From positions 1 to 57,826 of the forward strand of contig JAZNLM010000046.1 in assembly GCA_045579105.1 (NCBI GenBank): 57,826 nt of DNA, in the 5' to 3' direction. Positions 47,025-54,456 of the stretch are shown piece after piece. Under the pieces are notes generated by a model. It searched no databases. It was not told the DNA's origin and saw only the letters and a program-made list of their open reading frames with translations. Each line of letters starts with the position of its first letter. Within the stretch, counting starts at the first letter, position 1. Both the position numbers and the translations under genes were made by a program. The DNA comes from Candidatus Flemingiibacterium sp. Its GTDB lineage: Bacteria; Bacillota; Clostridia; Oscillospirales; CAG-272.

Positions 47025-47060
47025 GAATGAGGTTCACCTTAAAAAATTTCACAAAGGTGC

Positions 47061-47089
47061 TTGACCTTATAGAGAAAATAATGTATAAT
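47061..47089 (+). promoter_or_regulatory. candidate sigma-A promoter (extended -10) for the M23 gene
   Basis: TTGACC (47061..47066), 17-nt spacer ending in ATG, TATAAT (47084..47089). Confidence 0.5.
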
Positions 47090-47136
47090 GTAGATATGTA
47101 AACAAGTAAACATAGAGATTTCTATAAGAAGGGAAA

Positions 47137-48753
47137 ATGAAAATGACGAAGCTTAACAAGAGTTTGCTCGTGACGATAAGTATTATCGCCGCTTTATTTA
47201 TACCCACGTTTATTGCACTCGGAAATTTTGTGTATTCCCAATTCGCGGATGTGAGCGAGAGCAGTATCACAAAACTTGAAATCACGGACCCTGCGGGAGA
47301 GCTTTTCACACTTTCTTCCGACAATTCTAAAAAGGCTGCTGATATCGCGGGATTTGTTAAGATAAACAATAACGCATCGAAAAAGACTTCGCTTCCCGAG
47401 GCGCTTGTTGGTACAGATTCTTTTGAGTTTAAGTACTACAGCTATGACAGAGTTAAGACGTACAACTACTATTTCTCCGAAAATGCAACGGAGGCTTACT
47501 ACGTTGACGACCGCGGGACAGTCTATAAGATAGACGAAAATGATGCCAAATCTTTCCTCGCTACTGAATATGCTAGATCCCTTTATGCTACATCATCTTT
47601 CCCGGCTTTGACCGTGTCGGCGGAAAAACTCGTTCCTGTGTCGGGCGAGTGGGTATACAAGACGTTCGGGGGGGATTATGTTGCGCTTGATGATATAGAG
47701 CAGTTGCCCAAAACGGACAACATCTATGAGATGAAGGGCGCATTTGCGCTCTCTTTCGACAACGAGCCTGATTTCCTTAACGTGACGGTGAGCGATGATA
47801 ACGGTGTTGTGTTCAGCGACAGCTACGCAAACATTGCAAACGCCGATCTTGCGGGTAGAACGATAGATGTTGTTGTTGATGCGAAGTGGTACGAATCCGA
47901 AACGGAGAGCTGCTACGGCTCCGCAACCTATGAGTTTAAGGCGAAGATCCTTCTTCCTGCGGTGTTCTATCTTGGTAAGACCGAGATTGAACCGGGTGAA
48001 TTCGTAGTTATCTCCGCAAAAAACGTTGACGATCCTTCTGCAATTACCCTCGCAACTGAACCTGACATCGGCTTCACACCCACTTTCTTCATGGACGGCA
48101 GATATGCTCGTGCGCTTGTACCCATTCCAATGGAGTATGAGGGCGGCGACATTAATATGATTTGCTCATACGGAGAAGTGTCGCAGGAAATGACTCTCAA
48201 CATAACGCCCAAAACATTCAGAAGCAGCACGTTCGATATAGACGCACCTACAGTAAGCCAGACACGCACAGAAACTACGCTGAAGGCATTTAATGACACA
48301 ATGGCTCCTATCGTTGCCGAGACTGAATCCAAGCCGCTTTGGGAAGGGTTGTTTATGGAAGCTGTAAATGCTGATGTTACAGTCGGATTTGGTATCAGGC
48401 GTACCATTTCCGCAACGGGTGAGGTTTATCGCCATCGTGGTGTTGACTATGTTGCCACCGCTGGCAAAGAGGTTATGGCTACGAATAACGGTAAGGTTGT
48501 TTACGTCGGATATCTTGACTTACCGGGTTATATGGTTGTGGTTGACCACGGACTTGGTCTCAAGAGCTGGTACTGCCACCTCGGCTCCACTGCGGTATCC
48601 GTTGGTGATACGGTTGCAAAGGGCGATATCGTCGGGTATGCCGGTGCAACGGGCTTTACGGTTAAGCCTTTCCCGCACATCGGTCTTTCGGTCTATGACG
48701 TTCCCGTTTGTCCTTACGATCTCTGGGACGAAGGTATATTGATGACAGAATAA
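47137..48753 (+). CDS. membrane-anchored M23/LytM-domain protein with a long uncharacterised extracellular region
   Basis: N-terminal TM segment (LLVTISIIAALFIPTFIAL). C-terminal LytM domain: YRHRGVDY (HxxxD), WYCHLGS, and GATGFTVKPFPHIGLSV where the canonical sequence would be PHLHFE. Confidence 0.8.
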   Translation: MKMTKLNKSLLVTISIIAALFIPTFIALGNFVYSQFADVSESSITKLEITDPAGELFTLSSDNSKKAADIAGFVKINNNASKKTSLPEALVGTDSFEFKYYSYDRVKTYNYYFSENATEAYYVDDRGTVYKIDENDAKSFLATEYARSLYATSSFPALTVSAEKLVPVSGEWVYKTFGGDYVALDDIEQLPKTDNIYEMKGAFALSFDNEPDFLNVTVSDDNGVVFSDSYANIANADLAGRTIDVVVDAKWYESETESCYGSATYEFKAKILLPAVFYLGKTEIEPGEFVVISAKNVDDPSAITLATEPDIGFTPTFFMDGRYARALVPIPMEYEGGDINMICSYGEVSQEMTLNITPKTFRSSTFDIDAPTVSQTRTETTLKAFNDTMAPIVAETESKPLWEGLFMEAVNADVTVGFGIRRTISATGEVYRHRGVDYVATAGKEVMATNNGKVVYVGYLDLPGYMVVVDHGLGLKSWYCHLGSTAVSVGDTVAKGDIVGYAGATGFTVKPFPHIGLSVYDVPVCPYDLWDEGILMTE

Positions 48754-48757
48754 AATT

Positions 48758-48787
48758 AAGCAGCACCACGTTTGAGTGGTGCTGCTT
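48758..48787 (+). terminator. terminator after the M23 gene
   Basis: A 12-bp perfect stem AAGCAGCACCAC/GTGGTGCTGCTT with loop GTTTGA, then TTATGTTT. Confidence 0.7.
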
Positions 48788-48850
48788 TTATGTTTGCGAG
48801 TATCACACGGTGACCTCCTCGCTTTGGCGGTGCAGTAGATCACAAACAAA

Positions 48851-48877
48851 AAACGGATGAGCCGCGCTCACCCGTTT
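48851..48877 (-). terminator. terminator after the PPIase gene
   Basis: Stem AAACGGATGAGC/GCTCACCCGTTT (one mismatch). On the minus strand it is followed by TTTTTT. Confidence 0.65.
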
Positions 48878-48887
48878 TTACTTTTAA

Positions 48888-50384
48888 TTAGCCGGGAATA
48901 GAATCAAGTACATTATTGTCAAACTCAACAGTGTACTGCTTTGTCCACTCGGTATCTAACTTTTCAAGTCCTTCGTTTATGATATTGTTGCTTACGGTGG
49001 ACTGCCATACTTCGCCGCCTTCACCATCAAAATACATGATGTGAACGCCAAAATCGCTTTCAACAATGCCTGTGTCGCCAGTCTTTCTGCCGTCTTCGAA
49101 GCACCACTTGTCAAAGTTTTCTACCATAGCGCCTTCGGTTACGTTGAGGTAAATACCGCCGGTATAGCAGGAGCCGGGATCTTCAGAATACTGGAGTGCC
49201 ATAAGTGCGAATGAGTCGATGCTCATATCGCCTGCCTTGAACTCTGCAAGAAGCTCTTCAGCCTTCTTTAGAGCGCCCTCACGGTTCTTGTACGTATCAT
49301 CGTAGAGAAGTACGTGGCGAACATTTATCGTGCGATCCTCGTTGCGGTGAGCCTCTTCAGTGAGCATATATACAGTGTAGGTGCACTTTTCAGCATCAAC
49401 CGCAACGTATGTGTCGCCAAGCTTTGCATCAAATGCCCACTCGGATACCTTGTCGTCTTTGGTGTATGATGCCTCTGTGTTTGAGATAGAGGCAATTGCG
49501 TTTTCTATATCCTTTTCGGTGATATCAGCGTTTTCTGCCTTGAGTACTTCTGTTGCCGCTGCCTTGAACTCGTCAACAGTGTTTGCCGCCTTGAGCTGCT
49601 CTGCAAAGCCTTTAACGTCTTCTTCGGTAATGATTACCTTCTGGTCACGCATTGGCTTTACATCCTTTTCACTGTCAACAAAGTAGAGCGGGAAGGAAAC
49701 GTAATTAACGAACTGATAGCTCTTGGGGCTATTCTCATAACGAGCAGCTATATCTGCATCGGTGGGAATAAGCTCGTTTTCCTTGATGAGTTGATACTTG
49801 TATGCGAGTGCTTCAAGAAGCTTTGCATTGAAAATGTCATTCTTATTCGTGCCGCGTCCGTAAAGCTTGGTATCGGCTCTGTCTGCACGAGCGCGTACTG
49901 CCGCAATCTCTGCATCGGTAAGCTCGACCCCGTCAGCCTTTGCGGCTTCACAAAGTTTCAAAGTGTTAGTTACGGTACCCTTTGCGCCAGACATAAGATA
50001 TGCGAACCAAGTTTCGGTTTCAGATGCCTGCTGAAGCTTGAGCGACATGGAAGGGTTGAGACCCAAATACGAAATGTAGCTTCCGTAGTAGGACAAGAAC
50101 GAATTATAGGTATCATTGAAGAAGTAATTCATCATAGCGCCGTCGACATCGATATTTTTGGACGATGCCGCGATTTCACGGCGTAGATATTCGCCGCGGT
50201 TGAGCTTGATGTTCTGTGCTGCACATCCACCGATGAGAGCTGCGAAAAGTGCTACGAGCAAAGCAATTGTTACAATAGTTGTAATTTTACGAACACGACG
50301 TTTCTTTGCTTCAAATTTTTCTAGCTCGAGACGCTTTATCTGCTTTGCAGCCTGTGCCTCGCGCTTACGATTGCCCTTTGACAT
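48888..50384 (-). CDS. membrane-anchored parvulin-type peptidyl-prolyl isomerase (PrsA/SurA-like foldase)
   Basis: N-terminal TM anchor, a long chaperone-like region, and a C-terminal PPIC domain (INVRHVLL...GGIYLNVTEGAMVENFDKW...GIVESDFGVHIMYF). The start is set at the ATG after GGAGG. Confidence 0.8.
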   Translation of the reverse strand: MSKGNRKREAQAAKQIKRLELEKFEAKKRRVRKITTIVTIALLVALFAALIGGCAAQNIKLNRGEYLRREIAASSKNIDVDGAMMNYFFNDTYNSFLSYYGSYISYLGLNPSMSLKLQQASETETWFAYLMSGAKGTVTNTLKLCEAAKADGVELTDAEIAAVRARADRADTKLYGRGTNKNDIFNAKLLEALAYKYQLIKENELIPTDADIAARYENSPKSYQFVNYVSFPLYFVDSEKDVKPMRDQKVIITEEDVKGFAEQLKAANTVDEFKAAATEVLKAENADITEKDIENAIASISNTEASYTKDDKVSEWAFDAKLGDTYVAVDAEKCTYTVYMLTEEAHRNEDRTINVRHVLLYDDTYKNREGALKKAEELLAEFKAGDMSIDSFALMALQYSEDPGSCYTGGIYLNVTEGAMVENFDKWCFEDGRKTGDTGIVESDFGVHIMYFDGEGGEVWQSTVSNNIINEGLEKLDTEWTKQYTVEFDNNVLDSIPG

Positions 50385-50545
50385 AATAACCTCCAAAAAA
50401 GCATATAATAATATTTACAATAACTATTTTAGCACAGTTTTACCCCATTATGTTGAACGAATTGTGAAGATTGTTCATATTTTGAACTTTTTTAAAATAT
50501 AACTTCGCATAGTGCGTAAAATATACAAAATCGGAAGGAACCGTT

Positions 50546-51622
50546 ATGGAAAAGAAAAAGCAGTTTCTGGTGTCGGCCGCATATTACACGAGTATTGCGG
50601 CGATAGTATTTTTTGCGCTCAAATACGCACTTGGAATTATAGCGCCGTTTGCTGTAGGCTTTGCAATTGCCGCAATTTTAAGTCCTCTCGTGCGTTTTCT
50701 GTCATGCAAATATAAAATGCGTCGCCGCCCAGCGGCTGTTTTTCTGCTGCTTTGCGTATATGCCACTCTCGGGACACTTATAAGCATAGGCGTTTTGCGC
50801 CTTATTCTATGGCTTGGTAACTTTTTTGAGGATTTACCTGAGCTCTACAGAATGAGCGTTGAGCCTGCCATTGGGCGCGCATATGAATGGGTAAGTGCCA
50901 TTGCTTCACGTTTCTACCCGTCGTCGGGAGAGGTTGTGGGCGATATCGGCGGTTTGTTTGAGGCGGTCAGCACGTCTCTTGCCGGTGCTGTGTCCGACAT
51001 GTCTGTGCGCGTACTATCCTCGGTTTCTGCTGTCGCGACAGCGATACCAGGATTTATCATATCTCTTGGATTTACCGTTATATCAAGCTTTTTCTTCATA
51101 CTTGACTTTGAGAAGGTGCTGACGTTTTTAAAAAACCGACTGCCACAAAGGGCAGTCGGTTTTATGAGCGAGCTTCGCGGAAAATTTTTTGCCACGGCGC
51201 TTAAATATCTTCGCTCTTATGCGATCATTATGCTTATAACCTTCGCGATGCTTTTTCTTGGACTTACCGTCATCGGCACCCAAAATGCAGCTGCCGCGGC
51301 GCTTGTCATCGCACTTCTTGACATTTTACCCGTTATCGGAACAGGGCTTGTTATTTTGCCTTGGGCTACCGTGTCGATGCTCGGCGGACGTGTGGGGTAC
51401 GGTGTCGGACTTATCGCTGTGTGGGCGGTAATAACCGTTACGAGAAACGTAATTGAGCCGAAGATAGTCGGAAAACAGGTTGGGCTTCATCCGTTGGTCA
51501 CACTTATAGCGATGTTCGTAGGCACGAAGCTGTTTGGCTTTATTGGACTCTTCGTTTTGCCACTCGGACTTTCGGTTGCCATGTCCGTGTTGCGCGAGAG
51601 AAATCAGCCTTCGCAGGAGTAG
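50546..51622 (+). CDS. ytvI: AI-2E/PerM family transporter, sporulation integral membrane protein YtvI-like
   Basis: Eight TM helices, with C-terminal LDILPVIGTGLVILPWA and EPKIVGKQVGLHPLVTLIAMFVG, typical of the family. Confidence 0.8.
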   Translation: MEKKKQFLVSAAYYTSIAAIVFFALKYALGIIAPFAVGFAIAAILSPLVRFLSCKYKMRRRPAAVFLLLCVYATLGTLISIGVLRLILWLGNFFEDLPELYRMSVEPAIGRAYEWVSAIASRFYPSSGEVVGDIGGLFEAVSTSLAGAVSDMSVRVLSSVSAVATAIPGFIISLGFTVISSFFFILDFEKVLTFLKNRLPQRAVGFMSELRGKFFATALKYLRSYAIIMLITFAMLFLGLTVIGTQNAAAAALVIALLDILPVIGTGLVILPWATVSMLGGRVGYGVGLIAVWAVITVTRNVIEPKIVGKQVGLHPLVTLIAMFVGTKLFGFIGLFVLPLGLSVAMSVLRERNQPSQE

Positions 51623-54456
51623 TTTGGGTTTGCTATGCGCTCTACGGTAACGTTTGAGGCAAGGTCGTAAACTTCAACGTAAATATACTTGCCCGTCAGC
51701 TTGGTTGTGTCGAAATAGCCGTCCGCTATTGCAGGCGCGCTTACTCCGTTGTTGTCAATTACGGTTATACGTTCGATGCCTAAATTGTCAGATGCCGAAA
51801 TGGTAAGCGCGGTGTAATCCGAAACGGAAGAAAAAGCGCACGAGCTAATCGTTGGTGCGGTTGCATCAAGCTTCAGCGTGTACGAAAATTCATGTACGGG
51901 ACTTGCGTCATCAGCGCGGTAAGATATGATTACCGTATATTCGCCGTCGGGATAGATGTAAGCAAAATTGTCATCGGCTCTGCCGTTCCAGAGGTATATT
52001 TGCGGCGAGGTAATATTACCCGTCGATGCGCTAACGTAGGTGCGTGTAAGGTCGCCGAGCGCTTCTTCACGGATAAGACTGCCGTCGGCACTTCGTATGG
52101 TTACGTGTGCGTCCTTCACGCTTCTAAGAAGTCCAAAGTTAAGGTATACGTTTGCGTTCTTGCGGTCGTATACGGGAGAGAAGATAAGCTCGTTTTTGTT
52201 GTATGTTACCGTATCCTCGCATTCACGTGCACCTAGTATCTTTTCGGCCAGCTCGCCGCCTTTTGCGGAAACATTGCGGTAAAGATAGGTGGCATCGTAA
52301 ATATACTGCTTGCCGCTGTAAACGTCCGCATCTGCGTGAGGCGCATTGGAGTAATCGCCGACAAAGCCGAGATAGGGAATAGTCGCCATTTCTTCCTCGG
52401 CTAACAAGCGTACGTAACCTTCGACGAAAAAGCCGTTTTTGAAAATCTCTTTATAGGTTTTATACGTAGCCTCGTCGAGATACACGGTTATGCTGAACGT
52501 GTCGCTGGAATGCGGCGCGAGAGTGAATGTATACGGCTCGTAATCTTCGGCAGAGCTGTTAAGCTGATAAAGTCCGTCGGCTAGCGTTATATTGGTATTT
52601 TTTAATTCGGTGAACTTTTCGGTGAAATATTTCACGGTGTCCTTTTCATAGCCAAGGCGTTCGTATAAAGGCGTTATATTCTCTGATTCTCCGCCAAGCT
52701 CCTCAAAGGTCATTTTACTGTAACTGTCAGAGCCCACGATAGCATCAAGAGTGCATATCTTCGGGGTGTCCGAAAGATTATGAGCCGTAACTCGCAGTGT
52801 CATAATGGGCGAGTTTACTTCGCCAATCTCTATTTTATGTGAGCCGTTTGAGGTAAGTATAACCGAGGCGTTAAGAGCCGCTTCGAGGGTTGCCACTCCG
52901 CCGCCTTGAATGCGCGGAGAATAGAGCGATCCTGTCGGATAGAGCATCTGTTTTGAAGAGCTTATAAGTACTGCGCGCGTAAGCTTCAAAAGCTCGTTTG
53001 CCGTGATTTCGGGCATTTTTTCTTTAAAATGTGCTTTTATAACGGCGCATATTCCCGCAACCTTTGCCGCCGCTGCACGTGGTGAGCTTATACGCGTGTA
53101 TCCGTTATTGGAAGTTGCACATTCAACGTTCGTTCCTATTGCCGCGATGTCGGGTTTCAAGAAAAGCTCGGGAGTTGAGCCATACGGCATATTTTCTGAA
53201 ACTGTAGGCGTTTTGCGGGTAGTTGTTGTGTATACTTCACCGGAGTTTATAATGATGCGCTTGACTGCTTCTTCTTTGAGAATGCTGCCGTCACGGTCTG
53301 AGATAATCACTGCAGGGATAGGCGAATCTGTAAGGTCCATAAGTACAGACAGAGTGGAGACGGCGTTTGATTGATTATCGTATACGATAAGTCCTATAGC
53401 GCCTGCCGCCGCCGCATTTTTGGCTTTTTCGGCAAAGGTAATCTCACCCCGCTCAACAAGGGCGAGTTTACCTATAATATCACCTGCGCCGGCGAAATCT
53501 TCAGGGGTGCCTAAACCTTTTACAGCTACGTATTCAAGCGTTTTGCCGTCAAAGAATTTATTGAAGGCAAGACCGCCGGTAGCAGTGGAGAATCTCTGGT
53601 TTGAATCGCCGTACGGGATTACCGTACCGTCGGTGAGGGTGAAGCAATCTGCCGTTAATACGTTGCTGTCGGCGCTTGTTACGGCGAGTGTTGCTTTGAG
53701 GCAGCCGGGCCAAGAGATAGTACCAACATCTGGCGTTTCGGCATCAATGAGGTTCATCTCATATTCTTTTTCCAGGACGCTTTCGGTGCCGTACGGCATA
53801 ACGCTTCCTGCCGCGCAGACGACGATTACACCTTGCTTTTCAGCGTTTTCGATAGCGAGATTTACTCTCTCTGTTGCCTCTATTGTATCAAAGCCTTCCA
53901 TTGAAGTTACGCCGATAAGAATAACGTCCGCACCGAGCAGAACGGCATCGTTTATCGCCGCTTCCATAGCTTTTGAAGTCACGTTTCCGATTTCATCGGA
54001 GTGGATTTTCATAGCAAGGACCTGTGCTTCGGGAGCAATACCGATAGCGTTTGTAGTGCCTTCAGTGGTGATAGTTACACCGCCCGCCGCGATGGAGAGC
54101 AGATTTGTGCCGCTCATAGAGAGTGTCTTATGTGATACGTCAGTGTCAAGGTCGCCGTAATCATATGCGAATGGGATTTTTGCGCTTACATAGAGCGTTT
54201 CGGGCGTATTTTCGGCACTCCCTGCGAAAGTGTCGGATAAAAGCGTGTCCGACTTTTCTTTTGTAATATTTACGTTAGTGGTTGTTAAAGCAAAGCTTTC
54301 GTGCGAGAGGTCAAATGCGCGGTCGAGTATGGCGATTGTCATACCTGTGCCCTCATTTGTAATTTCGGTTCCTACTGTATTCTGCGCGTGAACGGGAAAA
54401 ATTGAAGAAAGGATGATTATTGCCGTAATAAGGCATAAAGCTTTTTTCATTTTCAT
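51604..54456 (-). CDS. S8 subtilase-like protein with PA domain; catalytic His, Asn and Ser replaced (predicted pseudoprotease)
   Basis: Signal peptide MKMKKALCLITAIIILSSIFPVHAQ. The Asp box is retained (IAILDRAFD). The His box reads SMSGTNLLS instead of DHGTHVAG. The Asn box reads CAAGSVM instead of CAVGNHG. The Ser box reads GYTRISSP instead of SGTSMASP. PA domain GKLALVERGEITFAEKAKNAAAAGAIGLIVYDN. It is collinear with the upstream paralog. Confidence 0.8.
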   Translation of the reverse strand: MKMKKALCLITAIIILSSIFPVHAQNTVGTEITNEGTGMTIAILDRAFDLSHESFALTTTNVNITKEKSDTLLSDTFAGSAENTPETLYVSAKIPFAYDYGDLDTDVSHKTLSMSGTNLLSIAAGGVTITTEGTTNAIGIAPEAQVLAMKIHSDEIGNVTSKAMEAAINDAVLLGADVILIGVTSMEGFDTIEATERVNLAIENAEKQGVIVVCAAGSVMPYGTESVLEKEYEMNLIDAETPDVGTISWPGCLKATLAVTSADSNVLTADCFTLTDGTVIPYGDSNQRFSTATGGLAFNKFFDGKTLEYVAVKGLGTPEDFAGAGDIIGKLALVERGEITFAEKAKNAAAAGAIGLIVYDNQSNAVSTLSVLMDLTDSPIPAVIISDRDGSILKEEAVKRIIINSGEVYTTTTRKTPTVSENMPYGSTPELFLKPDIAAIGTNVECATSNNGYTRISSPRAAAAKVAGICAVIKAHFKEKMPEITANELLKLTRAVLISSSKQMLYPTGSLYSPRIQGGGVATLEAALNASVILTSNGSHKIEIGEVNSPIMTLRVTAHNLSDTPKICTLDAIVGSDSYSKMTFEELGGESENITPLYERLGYEKDTVKYFTEKFTELKNTNITLADGLYQLNSSAEDYEPYTFTLAPHSSDTFSITVYLDEATYKTYKEIFKNGFFVEGYVRLLAEEEMATIPYLGFVGDYSNAPHADADVYSGKQYIYDATYLYRNVSAKGGELAEKILGARECEDTVTYNKNELIFSPVYDRKNANVYLNFGLLRSVKDAHVTIRSADGSLIREEALGDLTRTYVSASTGNITSPQIYLWNGRADDNFAYIYPDGEYTVIISYRADDASPVHEFSYTLKLDATAPTISSCAFSSVSDYTALTISASDNLGIERITVIDNNGVSAPAIADGYFDTTKLTGKYIYVEVYDLASNVTVERIANPNYSCEG

